Position numbers and translations under genes: made by a program. This document shows, one piece after another, positions 50,134 to 59,081 of a stretch of 64,000 bases of DNA. Under the pieces are notes generated by a model, which saw only the letters and a list, made by a program, of their open reading frames with translations, had not been told where the DNA came from and did not search any database. Source of the DNA: Planctomycetota bacterium (GTDB lineage: Bacteria; Planctomycetota; JAMOSO01). Location: the NCBI GenBank assembly GCA_027063065.1, contig JAMOSO010000003.1:1524-65523 (forward strand), in the 5' to 3' direction. Within the stretch, counting starts at the first letter, position 1; every line of letters starts with the position of its first letter.

Positions 50134-51096
50134 ATGAGCGAAGCCAATATTCTTAAGATTTTTGCCTGTAACGGTAACCCCGAATTAAGCCAAGCCATTT
50201 GCGATCATATGCAAATCCCTCTAGGCGATGCAAAGTTAGAGCGTTTTGCTGATGGTGAAATCAAAGTAATCATCAATGAAGATGTTAGAGGCAATGATAT
50301 TTTTGTTGTACAATCAACTTGTCCACCAGTCAATCGCAACTTAATGGAACTTTTGATTATGATAGACGCACTTAAACGAGCGTCTGCTAAACGCATCACC
50401 GCTGTAATTCCATACTTTGGATATGCACGCCAAGATCGCAAACACGACGGGCGCACCCCAATCACTGCCAAATTAGTAGCCAATATGATTACAACTGCTG
50501 GAGCAAACAGAGTCTTGGCGATGGATCTTCACGCCACACAAATTCAAGGTTTTTTTGACATACCTGTTGACCACTTACTGTCTGCACCTGTATTTATAAA
50601 TGAAATTAAAAAAATGAATATCGAAGATTTAACCATAATGACACCAGATATTGGTTCGTCAAAAATGGGAGGTTCTTTTGCTAGTCATTTGAAATGTGAT
50701 TTAGCTATTGGTGACAAACGCCGTCAAAGCGACACAGACGTAACAGTAGAAAGAATAATAGGCAATGTAAAAGGCAGAAATATTGTAATGATAGATGATA
50801 TGATTTCAACTGCCGGTACAATTACAGACGCCTCGCGAATGGCCCTTGAGCAAGGAGCAAAAAGTGTAAGATTAATGGCTGTACATCCTGTATTTTGCGG
50901 ACCAGCCCTTGAACGCCTTAACGCCATCAATATCAAAGAAATGATAGTAACAAATTCAATCACGGTGTCTGATGATTTTAAAACACAGTGCAACCCTAAG
51001 CTTACAACTGTAAATGTGGGCCCCTTGTTGGGCGAAGCTATTCGACGCATTCACAATGACCAGTCTGTCAGCGCCCTTTTTAAACTAAACAAATAA
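50134..51096 (+). CDS. prs: Ribose-phosphate pyrophosphokinase
   Basis: FADGE, IPYFGYARQDR, DLHATQIQGFF, DDMISTAGT. Confidence 0.98.
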   Translation: MSEANILKIFACNGNPELSQAICDHMQIPLGDAKLERFADGEIKVIINEDVRGNDIFVVQSTCPPVNRNLMELLIMIDALKRASAKRITAVIPYFGYARQDRKHDGRTPITAKLVANMITTAGANRVLAMDLHATQIQGFFDIPVDHLLSAPVFINEIKKMNIEDLTIMTPDIGSSKMGGSFASHLKCDLAIGDKRRQSDTDVTVERIIGNVKGRNIVMIDDMISTAGTITDASRMALEQGAKSVRLMAVHPVFCGPALERLNAINIKEMIVTNSITVSDDFKTQCNPKLTTVNVGPLLGEAIRRIHNDQSVSALFKLNK

Positions 51097-51119
51097 CAAT
51101 TACTATATAAGGAGTAACA

Positions 51120-51392
51120 ATGTCAATTGCATTAACAGCAACCAAGCGCGACATGAAGCTAGACGCTAAAAAGCTTCGCGCTGCAGGTCGCACCCCAGCA
51201 GTTCTTTACGCCAAAGGCTTTGAGAATGTGCATTTTAGCTTAGATGCTAAAGATTTAGAAAAAGCAATCGCCAATAAGGAAGTTCAATACGAACTAAATA
51301 TTGATGGCGAAACTTACAATGCTGGCTTAAAAGATATCAGTCGTGATTATCTAAAAGATTGTATTTTTCACGTTGATTTTTTAAAGCAATAA
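51120..51392 (+). CDS. rplY: 50S ribosomal protein L25 (short form)
   Basis: LRAAGRTPAVLY, HVDF; between prs and pth. Confidence 0.92.
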   Translation: MSIALTATKRDMKLDAKKLRAAGRTPAVLYAKGFENVHFSLDAKDLEKAIANKEVQYELNIDGETYNAGLKDISRDYLKDCIFHVDFLKQ

Positions 51393-51393
51393 A

Positions 51394-51960
51394 ATGAAAG
51401 CCATTATTGGTTTGGGAAATCCCGGTATTGAATATCGTAAAACCAGACATAATATTGGCTTTGAAATTGTGGACGCCTTAGCTAATCGCTATGGATCTAC
51501 TTTAAACAATACAAAATTTCAGAGTGTTTTTTGTTCTGAAATGATAGGCGAAGAAAAAGTTTTGCTAGTGAAACCGCAAACTTTTATGAACTTATCAGGT
51601 CAAAGTGTACAAGCTATTAAGGCTTATTACAATTTGGCTCCGAGTCAAATGTTAATTATTTATGATGATTATCATTTAGATTTGGGACGTGTGCGCTTTC
51701 GTCCCAACGGTTCTGCCGGCGGACATAACGGCATCAAAAATATTATTGCCAAACTTGGCTCTGAGATTTTTGATAGAATGCGTATAGGTATCGGTTCACC
51801 GGGACGTAGAGAATTAACCAGCTATGTCTTAGGGAAATTTTCCCAAACCGAAATCGAAGAAATAAATTTGAGTATGCCAGAATACCTAGATATGGTTGAA
51901 TTTTGGTTACGAGAAGATATAGAAATGGTTATGACTAATTTTAACGGTACAGGCAAGTAG
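51394..51960 (+). CDS. pth: Peptidyl-tRNA hydrolase
   Basis: GLGNPG, TRHNIGF, KPQTFMNLSG, GGHNG. Confidence 0.98.
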   Translation: MKAIIGLGNPGIEYRKTRHNIGFEIVDALANRYGSTLNNTKFQSVFCSEMIGEEKVLLVKPQTFMNLSGQSVQAIKAYYNLAPSQMLIIYDDYHLDLGRVRFRPNGSAGGHNGIKNIIAKLGSEIFDRMRIGIGSPGRRELTSYVLGKFSQTEIEEINLSMPEYLDMVEFWLREDIEMVMTNFNGTGK

Positions 51961-51991
51961 CCCGTACTAAATTTATTTTTGGAGAAGTACA

Positions 51992-52375
51992 TTGAAGACT
52001 TACGAGGCCCTGTTTCTAGCCGATAGCGCCATGCCTTACGGTGCAGAAGCAGCAGAAAACAGCTCAGAAGAGACCAAGGCCACAGTTGAACAAACTGTGC
52101 AGTCCATTATGGACAAAGCTGGTGCCAAAGTTATTGACACCGTAATGTGGGGAAACCGCAAATTAGCTTATTACATCAACAAACAAACTCGTGGTATTTA
52201 CTATGCAGTTTATTTTGAATGTGATCCCCTAAAAGTGAACGTTGTTACTCAACAAGTAAATATCAGCACAGATATTTACCGTGTTATGGTGACAGAAGAT
52301 CCCAAACAAACTGCCAAAGAAAACTTTGAACTTTACATTAAACAAGCTCAGGAAGCCAAAGCTGAGACAAAATAA
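51992..52375 (+). CDS. rpsF: 30S ribosomal protein S6 (TTG start)
   Basis: TYEALF, WGNRKLAYYI; rpsF-ssb-rpsR order. Confidence 0.93.
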   Translation: MKTYEALFLADSAMPYGAEAAENSSEETKATVEQTVQSIMDKAGAKVIDTVMWGNRKLAYYINKQTRGIYYAVYFECDPLKVNVVTQQVNISTDIYRVMVTEDPKQTAKENFELYIKQAQEAKAETK

Positions 52376-52863
52376 TGGCGGATTTTAACAAGGTCATTCT
52401 AGTTGGACGTTTAACTCGCGACCCTGAATTGCGCTATATTTCCAGCGGCACTGCCGTATGTGAGGTTTCATTAGCCATCGGTCGTAAGTGGAAAGGCTCT
52501 GACGGTCAAATGCGTGACGAAACTACATTTATAGACGTAGTTATTTGGGGACGCAATGGCGAAAATGTAAACCAGTATATGAAAAAAGGTAGCCAGTTAT
52601 TAGTTGAAGGCCGCCTTAACCAAGAACGCTGGGAAGACAAGAATACCGGACAAAAACGCAGTAAAGTTAATGTAGTTGCCGACAGAGTGCAATTTTTGGA
52701 TAGTAAAAATGCTGGATTAGCCAATTCAACTAACCAAAACAATGTAACTCCGCCACAACCAACAGCTACAACAAATCAGGTTCAAGCACCTATACAGCAA
52801 AAACCTGCCGAGGCAAATTTTGACGATAACTTTGATGTTCAGGGTGATGAAATCCCCTTTTAG
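52375..52863 (+). CDS. ssb: Single-stranded DNA-binding protein
   Basis: NKVILVGRLTRDPELRY; C-terminal DEIPF. Confidence 0.98.
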   Translation: MADFNKVILVGRLTRDPELRYISSGTAVCEVSLAIGRKWKGSDGQMRDETTFIDVVIWGRNGENVNQYMKKGSQLLVEGRLNQERWEDKNTGQKRSKVNVVADRVQFLDSKNAGLANSTNQNNVTPPQPTATTNQVQAPIQQKPAEANFDDNFDVQGDEIPF

Positions 52864-52889
52864 GGCTCACCTCAATTTAGGAAGATAAT

Positions 52890-53129
52890 ATGATAAAAAG
52901 AACTTCTGCCTATCAAAAAGGCAAATGTCGTTTCTGTCGTAGTGGACAAGAAATAGACTATAAAGATGTAGAAAACTTAAAAAAATTAGTAACTCCACAT
53001 GGTAAAATTCAGTCACGACGTATGACTGGTACCTGTGCCCTTCACCACCGTCGCGTAACCAACGAAGTTAAAAAGGCAAGAATTATGTCTTTAATACCTT
53101 TTGCTGGTAGCACTAACGGTTCAATGTAA
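52890..53129 (+). CDS. rpsR: 30S ribosomal protein S18
   Basis: CRFC, IDYKD, GKIQSRRMTG, KKARIMSLIPF. Confidence 0.96.
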   Translation: MIKRTSAYQKGKCRFCRSGQEIDYKDVENLKKLVTPHGKIQSRRMTGTCALHHRRVTNEVKKARIMSLIPFAGSTNGSM

Positions 53130-53138
53130 GGAGCTAAT

Positions 53139-53591
53139 ATGGAAGTTTTACTAAACGAAGATATTCAATCACTAGGTTTAGTTGGCGATGTAGTAAAAGT
53201 AAAAACTGGCTATGCGCGCAACTATCTTTTTCCAAAGAATTTAGCAGTAATTCCTACTCCACAAGCTTTAGAGCAAATTGCCTCTAAGCGTAAAAAAGTG
53301 GAAGCTCAACGTATTAAATTACGTGAAGAAGCAACTGCTGCTGCCAAAAAATTAGAAGGCGCTTCTGTAACTCTTGAAGTTAAAGTTGGTGAAAATGAAC
53401 AATTATACGGAGCAATAAGTGCTTCTATGATTTCAGACCAACTAAAAGCTGAAACTGGTTCAGTAATCCCATCTGAGCAAATTATAGTTGCAGAACCAAT
53501 TAAAGAACTCGGTACATTTGTAGTAGATATTAAACTACATACAGATGTTATTGTACCTTTAAAAGTATGGGTTGTTAAAAGCGAGAGTTAA
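53139..53591 (+). CDS. rplI: 50S ribosomal protein L9
   Basis: LGLVGDVVKVKTGYARNYLFP. Confidence 0.97.
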   Translation: MEVLLNEDIQSLGLVGDVVKVKTGYARNYLFPKNLAVIPTPQALEQIASKRKKVEAQRIKLREEATAAAKKLEGASVTLEVKVGENEQLYGAISASMISDQLKAETGSVIPSEQIIVAEPIKELGTFVVDIKLHTDVIVPLKVWVVKSES

Positions 53592-54937
53592 TGGCTGATG
53601 TTGCTCTTAATGCGTTAGACAGAATACCACCTCATGATGAAGAGGCAGAACGGGCTGTTATTGGGGCTTGTCTTTTAAATCATCGAGTTTTAGACGAAGT
53701 TACAGATATAATTCGTTCAGATGATTTTTATACAAGCCACTTTCGTATTGCTTTTGAATCTATCTTAAGTTTATACGACCGTGGACAACCTATCGATTCT
53801 GTTTTATTACGCAACTATCTTGAGAGCACAGGCAAGCTTGAAAGCATCGACTTCCAACAGGTAGTCGATGCTACCTCTTCTGTGCCTTCCATTGCAAATG
53901 CCGATTATTATGCAAATATAGTGAGAGAAAAAGCATTATTACGGGAATTAATAAATGTCTCTAGTGATGTACTTAAAAATACTTTTGAATCTTCTAGCAA
54001 TCCACGCGAAGTTTTAGATTTGGCAGAATCAAGAATATTCGATGTCGCACAACGTAATTACAAGAATGCTGGTTCATCCATTCGCGACATTTTACAAGAA
54101 ACTGTTAAACGTATCGAAGATAATTTAAAAAGGGGCGGAGGTTTAACGGGCCTCGATACAGGTTACTTTGCTTTAAATGAACAAACTAATGGTATTCAAC
54201 CCTCCGATCTTATCATCATTGCAGGTCGCCCATCAATGGGTAAAACCACATTTGCGTTAAATTTGATGGATCATTTTGCTTTAAATGGCGAAAAACCCGT
54301 TGCCGTTGCGTTATTTTCACTAGAAATGGGCAAAGAACAAATTGCAGAAAATATGCTATGTGCTCATGCACGCATAGATTCTGAAGAATTAAAAAAAGGA
54401 CGACTAACAGAAAAAAAATGGAATGATTTAATGATGGCAGCTGGAAGTTTATCCGAAGCGCCTATATACATCGATGACTCACCTGGGCTTAGTCCTTTAG
54501 AAATCCGTGCTAAAGCACGCCGATTAAAAAGCAGATATGATATTCAAGCTATTTTCATCGACTATATTCAATTAATGCAAGATAGCGCTCGAAGTCGCGA
54601 AGGTAGACAACAAGAAATTTCTAGTATATCTCGTTCATTAAAAGCTTTGGCACGGGAATTACATCTTCCTGTTATCGTTCTTTCGCAATTAAATCGATCT
54701 GTTGAACAACGAGAAAATCATAAACCACGCATGTCAGACTTGCGCGAATCTGGTGCCATCGAACAAGACGCTGATGTTATTATGTTGGTGCATCGTGATG
54801 ATTATTACGACCCCGAAAAAAACCCTGGATCTGTATTTATTAATATAGCTAAACAACGTAACGGACCAGTCGGTGAAATAGAACTATTTTTTGCTAAAGA
54901 ACATAAACGCTTTGAAAACCTTTCACGGAGACAATAA
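53591..54937 (+). CDS. dnaB: Replicative DNA helicase
   Basis: PPHDEEAE, GRPSMGKT, DYIQL, SQLNR, DLRESGAIEQDAD, KQRNG. Confidence 0.98.
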   Translation: MADVALNALDRIPPHDEEAERAVIGACLLNHRVLDEVTDIIRSDDFYTSHFRIAFESILSLYDRGQPIDSVLLRNYLESTGKLESIDFQQVVDATSSVPSIANADYYANIVREKALLRELINVSSDVLKNTFESSSNPREVLDLAESRIFDVAQRNYKNAGSSIRDILQETVKRIEDNLKRGGGLTGLDTGYFALNEQTNGIQPSDLIIIAGRPSMGKTTFALNLMDHFALNGEKPVAVALFSLEMGKEQIAENMLCAHARIDSEELKKGRLTEKKWNDLMMAAGSLSEAPIYIDDSPGLSPLEIRAKARRLKSRYDIQAIFIDYIQLMQDSARSREGRQQEISSISRSLKALARELHLPVIVLSQLNRSVEQRENHKPRMSDLRESGAIEQDADVIMLVHRDDYYDPEKNPGSVFINIAKQRNGPVGEIELFFAKEHKRFENLSRRQ

Positions 54938-54940
54938 TAA

Positions 54941-57397
54941 ATGTCAAAAATATTATTAAATTTTAGTGTGTTGCTATTATTATCATTTGTATTTAATCAA
55001 AATACCTACGCTTTTTCACCAACAATAAGGTCAATTAAAATACGTTCTGCAGAAAGTTCCCATCAACTAAAACATCCTGAAGCCTTAATCTTACGTCAAA
55101 TGAAATCAAAACCTGGTATGCCTTTTTCTCAAAGTGTACTAGATGATGATATCGCTAGATTATTTAAATTAAATTGGTTTTATGATGTCAAGTGTCATAT
55201 TACCAACAAAATCAATCCAGATATCACTGTGACGGTGGTAGAAAAACGTAAAATTACTCAAATTTCGTATAGTGGCATAAAGAAAATACGTTCTGTGAAA
55301 CTAAATGATGTTATTTCTACACGCATTGGAGAATATGTTAATCCTTTTTTTATTACACGCGACAAAGAAGCTATTCAAAAACTATATCAAGAAAAAGGCT
55401 ATTACTTTGCCGATATCAGAGTGGAATATAAAGATCATCCTGAAGGTGTCGAATTAATCTTTGTGATTGATGAACGCAAAGATATACGTATAAGTGAAAT
55501 TATATTTGAAGGCAATGCCCACATCAAAAAAGATGAATTATTGGATGTAATGAAAAACAAAGAAGATGGGTTGTTTACTGGAGGAATATTTAACGAAGAA
55601 GAATTTGAAAAAGATTTAATTCGTTTACGCTATGTTTATATAAGTAAAGGTTGGATTAATGCTACTATTACAAGTGATGGATTTTATACTGAATTGCCAA
55701 CAGAAAAAGCTAATAAAGTAACTACTCCTAGACGTACTGATCAACGGTGGTTAAAACGTAATATTGCTTGGCATCCAATACAAAGCGAAACACCAAAAGA
55801 ACGAGTTGGCAAAATCAAAATCAACATTATCGAAGGGAAACGCTACCGCATTAACAAAGTTGTCTTTGTTAATAATATTAAAATATCCACTGAGGAGTTA
55901 ATGGATGCTATTTCTCCAGAAAAAGTACGACATTATCCCGATGAACGAGCTCTTGAAACCACATATTTAAAGGTTGGTGGTTTTTACAGTCCGTTGATTA
56001 TCGATCGTGCTAGAAAAATAATAAGCGATAAATACGGTCATTTTGGATATATGTTTACGCAAGTTAGAGTTAACGAAACAGTCGTTGACAATACTACAGA
56101 TATTAATTTAACTTTTAATATTAAAGAAGGCAGACCGACAACAGTTAATGAAATCAAAATAGAAGGTAATGATAAAACTAGAGATGTAGTAATTAGACGT
56201 GAACTACAATTTTATCCAGGCGATAAATTAACATCTGATGTTTTAAATAAAAGCCGTAATAATTTAAGAAATTTAGATTTTTTTGAAAACGTTTCTGTTG
56301 AACCTGTTGAAATAGACAAAGAAAAAGGGATTTCTGATGTCATTATTAAAGTTAAAGAAAAAAACACTGGTCAGTTTCGCTTTGGTGTTGGGTTTTCTTC
56401 TGTGGACTCCATTGTTGGAACAGTTTCGGTACAGCAACGTAACTTTGATTGGCGTGCTTGGCCATATCCAACAGGTGACGGGCAAAGCGCAGGTGTTGTT
56501 TTGAAGTTAGGTTCTGATAGTAAAACAGTTGCGTTGAATTTTACAGAACCTTATATAAATGATTTACCTATTAGAACTGGTTTTAATATATATAACACTA
56601 CTACATCAGCTGATCTTTATGATTCTACCAAACGAGGACTAGAATTATTTATAGGCAAAAAAATCATGAAAGATACATATTTAAACTTAACTTATGGATA
56701 TGTACGCAATGAAATCAGTGATATGGATGATGGTGCTTCTGATTTATTAAAAAATGAAGTAGGTACAGAATACACCACTTATATTGGGTATAGTTTAAAT
56801 TACAATACTGTGGATTCTATTTTCTTACCTACAGAAGGTTGGAAAGCAAGCGCTAGTTCTAAATTTTATGTAGATGCCTTAGGAGGCAAAACAGAAATGA
56901 TAGAATCAGCCTTATCAGCCAGTTATTTTTATAAGATTTCTGATACATTTGGAGAAAAACCGCACGTATTAATGTTTCGTGGACGTTTAAATACTATTGG
57001 TACCTATGGCGATACAGAATATGTACCATTATATAATCGATATTTTGCAGGTGGTCAAAGTACAGTAAGAGGCTATCCAAGTGGCGAATTGACCCCTGTA
57101 GATAATCAAGACGAAAATATTGGCGGTACATTTAGACCTATTATTAATGTAGAATATACATACCCTCTATACGAAGAGCTTGTACGCGGCGCTGTGTTCT
57201 TTGATGCAGGATATGCATTTTTAAATAGTAAAAATGCTAGTGTAGGCAATATGCATAAATCTTATGGACTAGGTATTAGAGTTAAAACCCCTTTAGGTCC
57301 TATGCCAATTGCTCTTGATTATGGCTGGGCGCTGGACACTGACGATGGAAGATACCCTTCTGGACGTTTTGATTTTAGTTTTGGGGCTTTGTTTTAA
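54941..57397 (+). CDS. bamA: Outer membrane protein assembly factor BamA
   Basis: Signal peptide, POTRA repeats (GNDKTRDVVIRRE), GGQSTVRGY loop 6, C-terminal F. Confidence 0.95.
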   Translation: MSKILLNFSVLLLLSFVFNQNTYAFSPTIRSIKIRSAESSHQLKHPEALILRQMKSKPGMPFSQSVLDDDIARLFKLNWFYDVKCHITNKINPDITVTVVEKRKITQISYSGIKKIRSVKLNDVISTRIGEYVNPFFITRDKEAIQKLYQEKGYYFADIRVEYKDHPEGVELIFVIDERKDIRISEIIFEGNAHIKKDELLDVMKNKEDGLFTGGIFNEEEFEKDLIRLRYVYISKGWINATITSDGFYTELPTEKANKVTTPRRTDQRWLKRNIAWHPIQSETPKERVGKIKINIIEGKRYRINKVVFVNNIKISTEELMDAISPEKVRHYPDERALETTYLKVGGFYSPLIIDRARKIISDKYGHFGYMFTQVRVNETVVDNTTDINLTFNIKEGRPTTVNEIKIEGNDKTRDVVIRRELQFYPGDKLTSDVLNKSRNNLRNLDFFENVSVEPVEIDKEKGISDVIIKVKEKNTGQFRFGVGFSSVDSIVGTVSVQQRNFDWRAWPYPTGDGQSAGVVLKLGSDSKTVALNFTEPYINDLPIRTGFNIYNTTTSADLYDSTKRGLELFIGKKIMKDTYLNLTYGYVRNEISDMDDGASDLLKNEVGTEYTTYIGYSLNYNTVDSIFLPTEGWKASASSKFYVDALGGKTEMIESALSASYFYKISDTFGEKPHVLMFRGRLNTIGTYGDTEYVPLYNRYFAGGQSTVRGYPSGELTPVDNQDENIGGTFRPIINVEYTYPLYEELVRGAVFFDAGYAFLNSKNASVGNMHKSYGLGIRVKTPLGPMPIALDYGWALDTDDGRYPSGRFDFSFGALF

Positions 57398-57425
57398 TTG
57401 ACGAATACTAACATCCATATACAAT
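57398..57425 (+). promoter_or_regulatory. Internal sigma70 promoter candidate for skp-lpx
   Basis: TTGACG-N16-TACAAT immediately after the bamA stop. Confidence 0.7.
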
Positions 57426-57461
57426 ATAAATTCATTTATTAATTATTTTGAGAGAAAAATT

Positions 57462-58031
57462 ATGAAAAAAATAATGCTAATTATCGGTATAATAGCTACT
57501 TTGAACTTAAGTAGCCCTCTTGCTAGAGCTGAGGGATTAAAAATTGGTGTTGTTCACCTTTCTCAAGTATTTGATGCTTATAACAAAACCAAACAGCTAG
57601 ATGCCGAATTAAAACTAGATACACAAAAAAAAATGGCCGATGCCGAACAAATGCGCAATAAAATAAATGCTGTACAAAAACAAATGAATAATAAAATGCT
57701 TTCATTAGATAAACGTATTGCTTTAAAAGAGGAATTTGAAATTGCAAAATTACGCTATGATATGTTTCGCAAAAAAACTATGGCACTAGCGGAACGTCAG
57801 CAAATATTAAGGATTTCTGACGTGTATAAAGATATACGTGCAGCTATTAATGATTATGCAAAAGAACAAAATTATGATTTAATTATACGTTTACAAACTA
57901 GAGATAAAAAACATACAGACATCAAAAGTTTAGAACAAGAAATCAATCTAACATCAGTTTTATACGCTAGTAATAAAGTTAATATTACTAAAATAATTAT
58001 AGAAAAACTTAATAAAGCCTATAAAAAATAA
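57462..58031 (+). CDS. skp: Skp/OmpH periplasmic chaperone
   Basis: Signal peptide, KIGVVHLSQVF, YDLII, VLYA..NIT; between bamA and lpxD. Confidence 0.88.
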   Translation: MKKIMLIIGIIATLNLSSPLARAEGLKIGVVHLSQVFDAYNKTKQLDAELKLDTQKKMADAEQMRNKINAVQKQMNNKMLSLDKRIALKEEFEIAKLRYDMFRKKTMALAERQQILRISDVYKDIRAAINDYAKEQNYDLIIRLQTRDKKHTDIKSLEQEINLTSVLYASNKVNITKIIIEKLNKAYKK

Positions 58032-59081
58032 ATGACTAAGGCCTTAAGCGAAATAATTAAGGCTTTAAAGCCAATTAATTGCAATCTAAAAAAAGACATC
58101 AACATCACCTCTTTAGCGTCTCTGAGCGACGCCAAAGAAGGTGATATCAGTTTTTTAACCAATACAAAATATATTGCCCAATTATCTTCTACATGTGCAT
58201 CTGCTGTTTTGGTTAAACCAGAACATGCCGATATACAATCCAACGCCATTTTAATTATCGTAGATAATCCTAATCTGGCCTTTGCGGAAGTAGCCAAGTT
58301 ATTGGGGTTTGAAAGACCTGTATCGCCTATGGGCATATCAGACAAGGCTTGTATTGCAAAAGATGCTCACATCTCAAATGATGTAAAGATACAAGCATAT
58401 AGTGTGATAGCTTCTGGTGTAAGCATTGGCGAATCGACAAATATTTATCCAAATGTAGTCATAGAAAACAATGTCAAAATTGGTAAATACTGCACTATCT
58501 ATCCTAATGTTACTATTATGGATGGCTGTGAAATTGGCGATAATGTCATAATTAATGCTGGTAGTGTAATAGGAAGTGACGGTTTTGGATTTGATTTAGA
58601 AAGTCCTGATAACACCAAAATACCACAAGTCGGCAACGTAATCATTGGCAATAATGTAGAAATTGGTGCCAATGTGAGCATTGATAGAGCAAGGTTTGGA
58701 TCTACAATTATCCAAGACAACGTCAAAATCGACAATCTTGTTCAAATCGCTCACAACGTCGTAATAGGTAAAAATTCAGTGATAGTTTCTCAAACTGGTA
58801 TAGCAGGTAGCTCTAAACTTGGCACGGGAGTAATAGTTGGAGGGTGTACTGCCATTTCAGGACATCTGCGTATAGCAGATAATTCTATGTTTGCTGGACG
58901 CTCAGGGGTTACCAAATCAATAACTAATGCTGGCATTTATGCTGGATTACCTGCACAACCTATTAATTCATGGCGAAAAGATATAGCCAATATTCGGTCT
59001 TTACATAAAATAAAAAAGCATATTAAAGACCTTAAAGAAAGGATACTTAAAATTGAACACAATACCCCAAAAAACACTTAA
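58032..59081 (+). CDS. lpxD: UDP-3-O-acyl-glucosamine N-acyltransferase
   Basis: Hexapeptide repeats, GSDGFGF, KIPQVG, KIDNLVQIAHN. Confidence 0.97.
   Translation: MTKALSEIIKALKPINCNLKKDINITSLASLSDAKEGDISFLTNTKYIAQLSSTCASAVLVKPEHADIQSNAILIIVDNPNLAFAEVAKLLGFERPVSPMGISDKACIAKDAHISNDVKIQAYSVIASGVSIGESTNIYPNVVIENNVKIGKYCTIYPNVTIMDGCEIGDNVIINAGSVIGSDGFGFDLESPDNTKIPQVGNVIIGNNVEIGANVSIDRARFGSTIIQDNVKIDNLVQIAHNVVIGKNSVIVSQTGIAGSSKLGTGVIVGGCTAISGHLRIADNSMFAGRSGVTKSITNAGIYAGLPAQPINSWRKDIANIRSLHKIKKHIKDLKERILKIEHNTPKNT

Noticed and set aside
53591..54937. Inteins in DnaB or RpoBC (could the 2617-aa length reflect insertions?)
   Set aside because: DnaB is normal length, and beta plus beta-prime account for the full RpoBC length with no splice motifs.
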